From positions 124,001 to 188,000 of IMG/VR virus record IMGVR_UViG_3300034072_001021: a stretch of DNA of 64,000 nt; one strand, 5' to 3'. Positions 19,200 to 29,462 of the stretch are shown here, piece after piece. A model generated the notes under the pieces. That model saw only the letters and a list, made by a program, of their open reading frames with translations. It was not told the DNA's origin and made no database searches. How positions within the stretch are numbered: position 1 is the first letter of the stretch; each line of letters begins with the position of its first letter. The translations under genes were made by a program, and so were the position numbers.

Positions 19200-21278
19200 T
19201 TATTGACGTTCTGAAGCCATGCCGATTGCTCTGGCAAGTTCTCCAGGAATAGAGTCCATGGTCCACATAGCCATCCGGCTCGGCGATACCATGTCATCCA
19301 TTGCTGCTTGTTGGCGCGCCAGACGAACAGCCCACTTACGCAGACCATTGATTTCAGCTTCAAGCGGAAGACCAGCCAAAATGGACAGGTAATCCGTATA
19401 GTTGTTATCGTCGTCATACACACTGCCGGAGAACGCCGATGCAATTGCTTGACCGGTATCGCCACCACCTTCGTTACCTGTAGCAGCACCAACTACCGCA
19501 CCAAACGCGTAACCACCTGCTTGAGCAACCGCACTACCCAGATCGAACGTTGGGTTAATCGGCATGTTGATTGCATTGGATAGATCGATGAGACCGACCG
19601 TTACATCAACTCCCAAGAAACCACCTACGTTGTTCCAACCCACATCACCAACACCGCGAGTGAATGACAACGAGTCAATCATTGCCAGTCGACTATGCGC
19701 ACGACCTTGTGCAAAGTACTCCACCAAGAAAGGTGACGTGTGAGACTGCTTACCAGTAGCCAGAGGAACTGCCATGGCGAACAGACAGCACATCGGAAGA
19801 ATGATGTTCTGTAGACGTGACATCGGATCGCCGTAGGGAGAACGCAACGGAATGTTCAGCGTCAACTTGTTGAAGTCGCAACTAGAACTGTCCCAGACCT
19901 TTGGAATGTCGACGAATGCAGAACCGGCCAACTGAGCCAGACCTTGGATACCCAAGCCCGTCGACACACCTTGAGCGAAATCACGCATGGCGTTGAATGC
20001 ACCGCCAACGATACCAGTACCTTCCAAGTTACCATCGAACATGGTGAAGCGGGTTTCGCGAGCCGTGGCAGACATGCCATTGAGCGTGCCCTGGATACTC
20101 GGTTCTTTGGTGCTGTTGTTAAATGACTCGGATTGCGTACCAGTGTAGTCTACACGGAAACTGACAAACTCAGAACCCATTCGTGCCTCAGCAAGAACAG
20201 CTTCAGCATACTGTTCAATATACGACTCGTCACCACGAACAGCATACTCGACGGAGTCTTTGTTAGCCTCTGCGTCTGCGTCACTCTGGTTACCAAACCG
20301 CTCATACTTCATCCAGACATCGGAGTATGCTTTAAGGGTCGCTGACGTGCTGTTACTCAGCTCCTTATACGCTCCGTTGAGGTCCTGTCCGTACAGATAG
20401 CCCTGGAAGATCTTTTTGATCTCATTCTTATCCGTCTTTCCTTTGAGTTTACCGCGAAGGATGTCATGACGAGCGTTGATCAGGCGTTGACCACGCTGGG
20501 CAATCGCAAATACATCGAGACCACCGTCTTCACGATATACCGTAGGAATCATCTTGTGATAAGCTTTGACATCTGTTTCGTCAAGGAGGTCTTCCTTGTT
20601 GAACAGAGCTTTACCGCCTTCATACATGACTCGCGGGATGATACCCATGTTGGCAGCAATGCCATTGACCATGCCAGAAACAGCAGACCAATAAGGATAC
20701 ATGGTGGGCTTCATGAAGTAGTACTTGCTGGCAGGACGTCTCAAGAAGAAGCGGATTACCTTGCCAGCAAACACAAACGGGATCAACGGAATCGACGCAA
20801 TCGAACCCATGGCCCAACCGAGGTTGTAGAAAAATCCAGGGGCACGACCAGTACGTGCCATAGACGCGGCAGGTACAGAGTAATAGTTCGCGTAGAACGA
20901 TGTCATCGAGTTGAACTCAGGGACACCGCAACGGAAATGGACTATCTGAGTGTTCTCGTAGAACTTCTCATGATAGACGCGGCCCATGCCATTGCCTTTG
21001 ACGCCATCCGTCTTGTTAATCCTCGACACACGAGGGATCAGGATGTTGTTACCTTTTGGATCAGATGCGTTACTGAACACGTTGTGCTTCAGATCTGCAT
21101 ACCGAGTGAATTGAGCCAGAGGATTGATAATGAAACATCCGCCCGGCGTGGTATCGCCAGCTTGCTGCATAGAGGTCGAATAGATGCGGTTAACCACCGC
21201 TTCATCGCCTCCGATTGCAGCATCTGCTGGCAGCAGAAAAGCTGATTTTACCCAGCCACTGTCAAGAATGTTATTCAT
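19200..21278 (-). CDS. Tail/baseplate structural protein (gp182-like)
   Basis: 692 aa, directly downstream of the gp181-like gene; GAGGT RBS. Confidence 0.65.
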   Translation of the reverse strand: MNNILDSGWVKSAFLLPADAAIGGDEAVVNRIYSTSMQQAGDTTPGGCFIINPLAQFTRYADLKHNVFSNASDPKGNNILIPRVSRINKTDGVKGNGMGRVYHEKFYENTQIVHFRCGVPEFNSMTSFYANYYSVPAASMARTGRAPGFFYNLGWAMGSIASIPLIPFVFAGKVIRFFLRRPASKYYFMKPTMYPYWSAVSGMVNGIAANMGIIPRVMYEGGKALFNKEDLLDETDVKAYHKMIPTVYREDGGLDVFAIAQRGQRLINARHDILRGKLKGKTDKNEIKKIFQGYLYGQDLNGAYKELSNSTSATLKAYSDVWMKYERFGNQSDADAEANKDSVEYAVRGDESYIEQYAEAVLAEARMGSEFVSFRVDYTGTQSESFNNSTKEPSIQGTLNGMSATARETRFTMFDGNLEGTGIVGGAFNAMRDFAQGVSTGLGIQGLAQLAGSAFVDIPKVWDSSSCDFNKLTLNIPLRSPYGDPMSRLQNIILPMCCLFAMAVPLATGKQSHTSPFLVEYFAQGRAHSRLAMIDSLSFTRGVGDVGWNNVGGFLGVDVTVGLIDLSNAINMPINPTFDLGSAVAQAGGYAFGAVVGAATGNEGGGDTGQAIASAFSGSVYDDDNNYTDYLSILAGLPLEAEINGLRKWAVRLARQQAAMDDMVSPSRMAMWTMDSIPGELARAIGMASERQ

Positions 21279-21297
21279 GAACTACCTCAGGAAAAAA

Positions 21298-21326
21298 GTA
21301 GGTGTGGGGTTTCCCCCACACCTATT
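21298..21326 (-). terminator. Intrinsic terminator
   Basis: TAGGTGTGGGG-TTTC-CCCCACACCTA with an A-tract on its left (U-tract on the minus strand). Confidence 0.7.
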
Positions 21327-21331
21327 TCGGT

Positions 21332-24300
21332 TTACCCTCGTCCTACAGACACCGTGCTTTTAGCCGCGGACTTCGGAATAGTTACCTGGTCGTTGACGGC
21401 ACCTTTACCACTGTTGGAAGCGGCTTGCGCTGCGCCAGCGGCTTCGCTAGCAGCTTTACCGCTCTGCATCAACGATACGAGAGCGACCAACTGCTCCAGC
21501 TGAGCTTCGTTGACACCAATCAGTCGATTCAACGACTTATCAGCACCACCGAAGTTATCGGCTTGGCGTACAGCTTGAGCTGCAGTCTGAGAGTCAGCTG
21601 TGGCTGCTGCCATGGACATCGTAGCAGTGGTGTTCTGCGTCTGTCGGGCATCAGCCGTCTCAGTAGCGGTTTCAACAGGTGTCGACGTCACCGGTGCATC
21701 ATTCACAGTATTTGTCGATGGCGGTGGTGTTGCCGTACCTTGTCCTTTAACCAGCGACACAGTATCCACCTTACCGACCAACTCTGGATTGGCTGCGTTT
21801 GCGGCTGCTACTTCGGTAGAAGCAGTTTGATCCGTTGCAGGTTGGGATTGTGTCCCGCCCTTCATCGCCGATGCTACTTGTGCTGCATCGGGCATCCGCC
21901 ACTTGGTGAGCTTCTTGTCGAAGTCTCTGTACACATCAGCTACCGTCCGAGGTCTTCCCCGACTATCCCAGAAGATGGACGGGTTGGAACTAGCTTGATC
22001 GGCACCTACGTGATTAACGGCCGGATCGGCAGGGTTTGCCGACAGGAAACGCTTAGCACCGCCTGGGCCCAGGAAGTGAGCCAGGTAAACGTCAGTATCA
22101 GTCACGCCACGACTGCCGACCGAGTCCTTGATTTTATCCATGTTCTCTCGGATATATTCCAATCCAAGGAGAGCGTTGGCTCGCGGATCTGTCTGTCGTG
22201 TACCTGGCGCAATACCGTACTTCGCTGCGTACTTGCCCATCAGCTCATCCCAGGTATCATCGATCACCTGGTAGTAACTTGCAGCCGAAGAAAGGTAACG
22301 CTGTTCTTTCTTCGACCATGGGCGAGCATTTGGATTGAACGACGATTCGACACCTGCCACAGATGCAGCCAACGCAGGATCTACACCAACCATGTTGGCA
22401 GCTGCCATCAACGTATCGCGGGAGTTCTCCCATCCGTCACCTTTCGGCTGAGGGATGTCGTTGATGTTACCGCCGGTACCACCACCAGGGTGGTTGATTG
22501 GTGTTCCAACAGGGAACGTGGTTTGCCCAACTGCTGTTTGAGGAGTAACGGACTGGCCGTTTGACGAGATTGCACCTTGTTGAGGCGTTTTCTTATCATC
22601 GGAACCAAACCATCCTTTTACAGTATCCCATGCACCGCTAGCAGCGTCGGCGATTGACGAACCAATGTTACTCAAGATACCTGGTTTAGAACCATCGGTA
22701 GCAGGACGATTTACCTGGTTTGGATCGACATCCTCCAGTTCACCATTCTTACCACGGATCTTACCAGCGTTTGCAACTTTTGGATCTTGCAGGACTTTGT
22801 CCTTGATCTTCTGCTGCAGCTGATATAACGGTTCTTTCACCGAGTTCATGTCGTCGTTCAACACATACCCGCGGAACGGAGACTCCGTAATATCCCAAAC
22901 AGAGATACCAGCATTGTCTCGGGCGTTCGATGTCTCTTTCAAGACATCTAGCAGTTGTGCTGGGTCAAGTTTGGTACCGGCATCCTTAGCGTCAATGTTT
23001 GCACGCATCCGTACTGCACTGCAGTACGTAAGGAACGTCGGAAGGAAACGACGATGGAACCAGACGTAGGTTTTCTCCACCTCTGCGTCGCCCACTGGAG
23101 ACAGGATAGCTTCAGCAATCAGGTAAGCTGCCGGGATATCATCTATCTTTGCCTGTTTGTCCTTGTCGTAAGAGACTTTAGGGTACAGGGCTTGTTCCAG
23201 TGTTTCCAACTTGTAGACGTAGTTAGCCAGCAGTTCAGTAAGACCATAGGTACGGTATCTGACAGCCATGCCGTCATCAACAACACCGGAACCCATCGTC
23301 CAGAACGGACTCAGTTCAGCTCTGGTAACTGATGCAGTTACAGCACCGGCACCAGCAGCTGCCGTAGTGGCAGCAACCACTTTACCCAGTGTAGATTTAT
23401 CCCCGCTTGCGGTTGGCATTGTGCCGGCACCACCACCACCGCCAGATCCACCCTGTGTCTTACCGCTTGCACCCGCAGCTGCGCCACGTTGCTGAGAAGT
23501 CACAGTGTTGGATGCGGCTGTAGATGCAATGCCTGCGGCAGCGCCTGCTTTCAATGCATCGGCGTGTTGTTGAGAAGCTGACTTCGGCGCGTCTTTCCCT
23601 TCTTTCTCAGCGGCCTCTTTAACATCATCCTTAATGTCGTCATACTCGTCTTCAACGTCACCAGCATCGTATTCGAGTTCGTCTTCGTCGGCGAAGGGGG
23701 CATCCATCTCGTCAAAGATGTTCTCCTTACCTTTCATCGAAACACCGTTAACAAACTTGACAGCTGCCTGACCAACCACTTTAGCATCGACCTGACCAAT
23801 ATCGGTAGATTTGGTCAGTACGTACATGTTGGACACGTGAGTCAGATACACCTCGCGGAAACGACCGTAGAGGAACTTGGTCATCCGCATGAAGTGTTCG
23901 TTCTCTTTCGGATCGGAGCCTTCTTCCAACTCGACACCAAAGATCTTGGTGAGTTGTTCGACAGGAATGCCGGCCAGATCCAACTCGGCTTTGCCATCCT
24001 CAGACACTTTAACGTGTTTGCCAGCAAGCTTCTCCATCTCTGCAAGAGCAAGAACCTGCTTACTTTCCGGATCAGGTTCTACACCGTACTGGATCATACG
24101 CAGTCTTGCGAGCAGAGGGAGCTTGTCCTTCATAGCACCGTAGATCAGCGAACCGATCGCCACGATACCTGTGACAACACCGACAGCTGCCAGAACAGGA
24201 GCACTGACCAGACCTGCAGCGCCAGCAACCGCACCTAACGCCATGCGACCTAGCCACATTGCACCTGTACGAACTGCTTGACTGCCGAGCATCCGTCCAG

Positions 24301-27300
24301 CGAACTTGGTAGCACCCCATGCTCCTTTACCGAGCATCTTGGTCGCCCACCAGGCACCCTTAGCAAGACCACTGGTTGCACGAGCCCCCAATCGAACAGC
24401 CTTACCAAAATTACCCATTTTGTCAAGGCCTTTATTGGCCAGTCGTTTTGTCCAGTCCCATGCGCGCCCTATCTTACCACGGGGTTTGGCATTAGGTGTC
24501 CGACCCCGACGACCGTTACGTCGTCTACGATCACGATCATCACCGTCACCATCGCCCATGTCGATATAGGTATCGCCGTCGCCACCGCCCTCTTCTTCGT
24601 CACCCATGCCGAACTTGTCAAGAAGGGACTGTAACATCCCGCCTTTAGCCATCATTCCTTTGGTGTCGGCGTATTTGCCTTTTACAGCATCTTTCGCTTT
24701 GTCGGCAAGTTCTTTACGACGTGACCAGATGTCCTGCATTGATCCTTTACGGACCTTCTCAGTGGTGACTTGCTTGAGCGTTTCATACTGCAGTTGCACG
24801 GAACGGATGGCGAGCGTGAGCATGTCTTGCTCTTGATCGCCTGTCAGTTCACTGGTGATATCTGCGCCAGCTTTGTTGCCGGTGAAGAAACTCATCAGTC
24901 GCTTAATACGAGGTTTGAACTTGCGTCCTTCTGCAGTTACCTTGTCCTTAGCGAGATTACCCGCTTTGTACATTTCGCTGCCGAGATTATCTGCAAACTC
25001 ACCCAACGTACCCGTACCGCGCATTTCATTGACTTTGTTACCAAGAGTTGTGATGTGACCCTTTCCGCCAGCAATCATGCCTGCCGTCCAAGCCCCTGCC
25101 TGCGATCCCTTGAACTTGTCAAGGAACTTGCCGACCTTTCCTTTTACACGACCCTTAGCATCGGCAAATACACCAGTCGACACCAGATCATTGTAACGAA
25201 CCACAGCCTTGGTCTTTATTTCTTCGACATCACCGCGGATATCTTCCCAGCGAGTCAGGATTTCGCCAGTGGCTTTGTCCCGGTATTCGCCAGCCTTCAA
25301 TTTCCATTCTTGAAGGACAGGGTGATCTTCACCCTGAATCCAGATGTCTTTACCTGTTTTCTTCAGCTCTTCGAACTTAGGAAGAAGGGTGTTCTTCGTG
25401 TACGATTTACCAGACTCCACAGCAGATGAAGCTTTACCTTTCATCTTCTGGAAGTACTCTGACATCCGTGCACTAGCCGTATTGAGCGTACCATCGCCAC
25501 GACCACCACCACAGCCACAGTTAGTCAACTGCTGGAGCAGATCAACTGTCTGTGCATGAAACTCACGCGATTCCTTGAGAATGGTAACGAGAGTACTCTT
25601 GTTACCTAGGTATCGCTCGAGTCCTCCGAGGCGGGAGGCAGGGGCTTGGGCAGCAGCGGACAAATCATCAGCTCGAGCAGCATCGCCGGCAAGAACAGAA
25701 TCGATTTTACCAGCGCCCATGAGGCGATCAGCAAGGCCGCGCACCCGATCAGCAGGAGTCGGCTTCCCTTTTTCAGTTCCCGAAGAGCCTGCGCTCTCAT
25801 CTTCATTGTCGAGTATGGCTTCCCAGAATTTGTTGAAGTTAACTCTGTCCTCTCGACCATCCTTATCGCGCTCGATGTAACCGAGCTTGCGCATGCTATC
25901 CTTACCGAGTACATCACTCAGGATACGAACACGATCACCGACAGCTGGGATCATGCTACTCATGCGACGGAATTGATCCGTGATGTTGTTTGTCCGATTC
26001 AGGGCGTCAGTACTATTGTCCAGACGTTTACCAGTTTCCGGATCGAGATTGAACGTGTCAGCAATCAACGATACAACTTCGTCGACAACCGCATAGTCCT
26101 CACCCGGATACTGTTCACGTTGAACCAAGCGAGACGGCACAAGATCACGGCCGTTGGCCAGCTCGTCAAGAAGCTTGCGCTTCAGAACACGCTGTGCTTT
26201 AGGCGACATTACATCGCCACCGATCTCTTTCAGGAACTCGTCTGTAGCCAGACGCAGAGACTCACGTTCTTGACGCGGCATGATCTGCCGGCCGACATCA
26301 CGCAGTTGTTCTTTCTCTGTAGTGAAACCACCACGAACAAGGTTGTAGACCTTCTTCTCGGAATCTTTCTCGCCTGTAACAGCGATACGGGACCAGTGAG
26401 CAATCTCGGAGAGATAACCCGGAATGATTTCAATCAGGGAACGACGTGCGATCTTGTCGAACGAAGCAACTTCATCGAGACGGTCTACAGAATCACCACC
26501 AGCCTTACTGTCGAGAATGAACTTCGGCAGGAAGTCCTTCAGCAACTGCATACCGGCAGCTTTATAACCAGTACCTTCTTCACGAGTGTTGGCCCACTCG
26601 TTTACCTTCTGCGGAAGACCGGAGAAGATACCGCGCAGTTTCTCACTGCCACGAGCGATGTGTTTGTTCTTGGCCAACAGGGGAGAGATCGCCATTGCGG
26701 CACGATCACGGATTTCACCGCCGATCATCGAACCGACGACTTCACCACCCATACCGACTTTGTCGATATCCTCACCACCCATACCACCCATCATCGCCAT
26801 TGGCGATACAATGCCTTGGACCAGTCCAGAGACGTTGTCCATGACTTGCTTGGTGTAGTTCTGGGCCCAGTTGGAAATGGTGTTGAGGCCATTGCCCATC
26901 AGTTTCTGTCTGGCCAGCTGACCAAACATTTCACTGCCACGGATCTTCACTGCCTCAGGGAGCGCGGTGTTTTTCCGAATGTTCTCAAGGATAGCTTCGT
27001 GCTTCTGAGAACTAACAGTGAAAGCGTCAAGCAATTGTTTCGTTGTTGCAGCCTGACGATAATTCAGTTCCAGCATCTTCTGCTGGTACTTGACAGTAAT
27101 CTTGTCTTGATAACCTACAAGACGAGACATACTCCGGTTGATAGCAGTCAGAGCCTGGATGCTGGATTTGAACCGAGCTTGTTCCAGAGCCTTGTTTTCT
27201 ACTTTTTCAACCGCTTCTTGCTTTTGTTTTTCGCCATCAGCTTCGACACGGGCTTTGAAGATTTCAGCCAGCGCAGCCAGATCACCATCTTCTTGCTCTT

Positions 27301-27733
27301 TGCGATAATCGGCATCCGACTTTACAGACGAACGCTCAATCTCTTCGAGAGAATTGTTGATCCTGTTGGCGAGTTTCTTGGGGAGAACTTTATCCCCAAT
27401 GAGACCCATGGCCCTACGGCCAAACTTTTTGCTTCCGGAAACCAGCTCCGGCGACTCTCCGGTTATCCTATCGTATAGTGATCGGGTGTCGGTAGCAATG
27501 TTTTCGAGAGTGTCTGCAGCAAGGCCGTAGCCTTCAGGAAGAGCAAGAGTCAGAGCCTTCCGAACTGCACTGGGACTCGTGAATTCTTGCTTGACGCCTC
27601 GTACAGCACCTTTGACAGCCCGAGTGACAGGTTTCCTCGAATCACCACTGTCTTCTTCGGCCTGAAATTCAGGCACGTCGAAGTCGAAATCATCGAGGTT
27701 AATACCGTCCAAGTCGATGTCGTCTTTAGCCAT
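21332..27733 (-). CDS. Large tail protein with lytic transglycosylase domain (gp181-like, tape-measure/tail tip)
   Basis: ATG 27733 with GGAGA RBS. Helical N-terminal half, central hydrophobic Gly/Ala segment, SLT-like domain at ~21900-22430 (GVESSFNPNA, DPRANA, YLAHFLGPGGA). Confidence 0.88.
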   Translation of the reverse strand: MAKDDIDLDGINLDDFDFDVPEFQAEEDSGDSRKPVTRAVKGAVRGVKQEFTSPSAVRKALTLALPEGYGLAADTLENIATDTRSLYDRITGESPELVSGSKKFGRRAMGLIGDKVLPKKLANRINNSLEEIERSSVKSDADYRKEQEDGDLAALAEIFKARVEADGEKQKQEAVEKVENKALEQARFKSSIQALTAINRSMSRLVGYQDKITVKYQQKMLELNYRQAATTKQLLDAFTVSSQKHEAILENIRKNTALPEAVKIRGSEMFGQLARQKLMGNGLNTISNWAQNYTKQVMDNVSGLVQGIVSPMAMMGGMGGEDIDKVGMGGEVVGSMIGGEIRDRAAMAISPLLAKNKHIARGSEKLRGIFSGLPQKVNEWANTREEGTGYKAAGMQLLKDFLPKFILDSKAGGDSVDRLDEVASFDKIARRSLIEIIPGYLSEIAHWSRIAVTGEKDSEKKVYNLVRGGFTTEKEQLRDVGRQIMPRQERESLRLATDEFLKEIGGDVMSPKAQRVLKRKLLDELANGRDLVPSRLVQREQYPGEDYAVVDEVVSLIADTFNLDPETGKRLDNSTDALNRTNNITDQFRRMSSMIPAVGDRVRILSDVLGKDSMRKLGYIERDKDGREDRVNFNKFWEAILDNEDESAGSSGTEKGKPTPADRVRGLADRLMGAGKIDSVLAGDAARADDLSAAAQAPASRLGGLERYLGNKSTLVTILKESREFHAQTVDLLQQLTNCGCGGGRGDGTLNTASARMSEYFQKMKGKASSAVESGKSYTKNTLLPKFEELKKTGKDIWIQGEDHPVLQEWKLKAGEYRDKATGEILTRWEDIRGDVEEIKTKAVVRYNDLVSTGVFADAKGRVKGKVGKFLDKFKGSQAGAWTAGMIAGGKGHITTLGNKVNEMRGTGTLGEFADNLGSEMYKAGNLAKDKVTAEGRKFKPRIKRLMSFFTGNKAGADITSELTGDQEQDMLTLAIRSVQLQYETLKQVTTEKVRKGSMQDIWSRRKELADKAKDAVKGKYADTKGMMAKGGMLQSLLDKFGMGDEEEGGGDGDTYIDMGDGDGDDRDRRRRNGRRGRTPNAKPRGKIGRAWDWTKRLANKGLDKMGNFGKAVRLGARATSGLAKGAWWATKMLGKGAWGATKFAGRMLGSQAVRTGAMWLGRMALGAVAGAAGLVSAPVLAAVGVVTGIVAIGSLIYGAMKDKLPLLARLRMIQYGVEPDPESKQVLALAEMEKLAGKHVKVSEDGKAELDLAGIPVEQLTKIFGVELEEGSDPKENEHFMRMTKFLYGRFREVYLTHVSNMYVLTKSTDIGQVDAKVVGQAAVKFVNGVSMKGKENIFDEMDAPFADEDELEYDAGDVEDEYDDIKDDVKEAAEKEGKDAPKSASQQHADALKAGAAAGIASTAASNTVTSQQRGAAAGASGKTQGGSGGGGGAGTMPTASGDKSTLGKVVAATTAAAGAGAVTASVTRAELSPFWTMGSGVVDDGMAVRYRTYGLTELLANYVYKLETLEQALYPKVSYDKDKQAKIDDIPAAYLIAEAILSPVGDAEVEKTYVWFHRRFLPTFLTYCSAVRMRANIDAKDAGTKLDPAQLLDVLKETSNARDNAGISVWDITESPFRGYVLNDDMNSVKEPLYQLQQKIKDKVLQDPKVANAGKIRGKNGELEDVDPNQVNRPATDGSKPGILSNIGSSIADAASGAWDTVKGWFGSDDKKTPQQGAISSNGQSVTPQTAVGQTTFPVGTPINHPGGGTGGNINDIPQPKGDGWENSRDTLMAAANMVGVDPALAASVAGVESSFNPNARPWSKKEQRYLSSAASYYQVIDDTWDELMGKYAAKYGIAPGTRQTDPRANALLGLEYIRENMDKIKDSVGSRGVTDTDVYLAHFLGPGGAKRFLSANPADPAVNHVGADQASSNPSIFWDSRGRPRTVADVYRDFDKKLTKWRMPDAAQVASAMKGGTQSQPATDQTASTEVAAANAANPELVGKVDTVSLVKGQGTATPPPSTNTVNDAPVTSTPVETATETADARQTQNTTATMSMAAATADSQTAAQAVRQADNFGGADKSLNRLIGVNEAQLEQLVALVSLMQSGKAASEAAGAAQAASNSGKGAVNDQVTIPKSAAKSTVSVGRG

Positions 27734-27812
27734 CGATAGCTCTCCATTTCGGCTTAATATAGCAAGCCTTCTCATACCAACTGTCGATTTGTGACTATAA
27801 GTAGGTACTTAA

Positions 27813-29462
27813 ATGAACTACGCCGAAGTCCCTGCCAAGATCTGGCCAATGGTACTGACCAAAGAAAGGGTCGGTAGGATGACCCCGGTAACCAGTCTGG
27901 ACATCACAGACGGTGCCAGCAGTGAGTTCCACGATGAAGGTCTTTATTCGACCAAGATCTTTGGTCGAGTGGGATCTGAAGAACGTGATTACATCTTCTC
28001 ATACATCGATCTGAAAGTTCAGATTCTGCATCCCAAATTCTTCCGCGACCTCATGAGCCTCAAGTCGATTTACCGAGGCATTATTAGTGGTCGTGAGACT
28101 GCTATTTTTGACCCTGTGACAAAAGACTTTGTTGCAGATGTGTCCGAGAAGGCAGAGACTGGGTATAGTTTCTTTATCCGTCATCTGAAAGATCTGGAAG
28201 TGCGCAAGAGCAAGTCCCCAACTCGTGCCATTCGGGTTGAGTTCATCGAGAAGTACAAAAAAGATGCACTGACGCGTTACATCCCTGTGCTTCCGGCAGG
28301 CGTACGTGACATCGAGATCAGTGAATCTGGCATGGTGACCAAGAACGAGATCCATGACCTTTATTACCGAGCCCTGTCAATCTCCAACACCATCCCGGTT
28401 ACCAGTGACATGGAATCTCCTGCATTGGACATTGCCCGCATGGCACTGACCAATACGCTCATGGAGATCTACGAACTGATTGAAGGTATGTTGGCCGGTA
28501 AGAACGGTTTTATCATGGATAAGTGGGCTGCTCGTCGAGTGACCTACGGTACTCGAAATGTACTGACCGTGATGGACACCTCCATCGCTCATCTCGATGA
28601 TGCCAACGCACCTGGTTTCGATGCAACGACGTTGGGATTGTTCCAAGTTATTAAAGGCATGACCCCACTGACCATTCACTACCTGCGTAACATGATCGCT
28701 CCTCTTGTTCAGGCAGGTGAGGGTCAAGCACGTCTGATCGATCCCAAGACACTGAAACCAAAATGGGTAGCGCTGTCTCCAGAGGCCCGCGATACCTGGA
28801 GTACTCGTGATGGCTTAACGTCCGTTATCGATCGCTACCAGATGCTGGATGCGCGTAATCGTCCAGTCGAGATCGAAGGTCATTATCTGGCCCTCATCTA
28901 TAAAGGTCCTGACAAGACGTTCAAGATCTTTTACGACATCGACGAAATGCCTGCTCATCTGGATCGCAGTCACGTCAGTCCGATCAATCTGGTCGAGCTG
29001 CTGTATCTCTGCGGCTACCAGAAGTGGAACAAGTACTTCTCCCAGATCACCCGTTATCCGATCTCCGGTAAGCGTTCTATTTACGCCAGCCGCATTTACG
29101 TGAAAACGACCGTGGTGGGCGAGAAACGCACCGAGCTGAATGACATGTGGGAACCTCATGAAGATCCCGAATATGTTGCGCTCGAGTTTCCGATGACGGG
29201 TTCGACATCCTTTATGGATACGCAGTCTCCACACAGTACTAAGCTCGCAGGTCTTGCGGCTGACTTCGACGGTGACACCGGTTCTGCCACAATGGTCATG
29301 TCTAACGAGGCATGTGCTGAGAACGATCGTGTTCTGCGCTCTCGCAACTATTGGGTCGATACCGACGGTAGCCTCATGTCGTCGTATGACTACGATACCA
29401 TCAAGTACGTAACTACGAACCTTACAGGACGATTTAAACATGGCCGTAATGCTTCAATATGA
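27813..29462 (+). CDS. Virion RNA polymerase beta' subunit, N-terminal/catalytic part (gp180-like)
   Basis: GLYSTKIFG, PVLPAGVR, GKNG, TRYP and the catalytic ADFDGD. Confidence 0.92.
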   Translation: MNYAEVPAKIWPMVLTKERVGRMTPVTSLDITDGASSEFHDEGLYSTKIFGRVGSEERDYIFSYIDLKVQILHPKFFRDLMSLKSIYRGIISGRETAIFDPVTKDFVADVSEKAETGYSFFIRHLKDLEVRKSKSPTRAIRVEFIEKYKKDALTRYIPVLPAGVRDIEISESGMVTKNEIHDLYYRALSISNTIPVTSDMESPALDIARMALTNTLMEIYELIEGMLAGKNGFIMDKWAARRVTYGTRNVLTVMDTSIAHLDDANAPGFDATTLGLFQVIKGMTPLTIHYLRNMIAPLVQAGEGQARLIDPKTLKPKWVALSPEARDTWSTRDGLTSVIDRYQMLDARNRPVEIEGHYLALIYKGPDKTFKIFYDIDEMPAHLDRSHVSPINLVELLYLCGYQKWNKYFSQITRYPISGKRSIYASRIYVKTTVVGEKRTELNDMWEPHEDPEYVALEFPMTGSTSFMDTQSPHSTKLAGLAADFDGDTGSATMVMSNEACAENDRVLRSRNYWVDTDGSLMSSYDYDTIKYVTTNLTGRFKHGRNASI

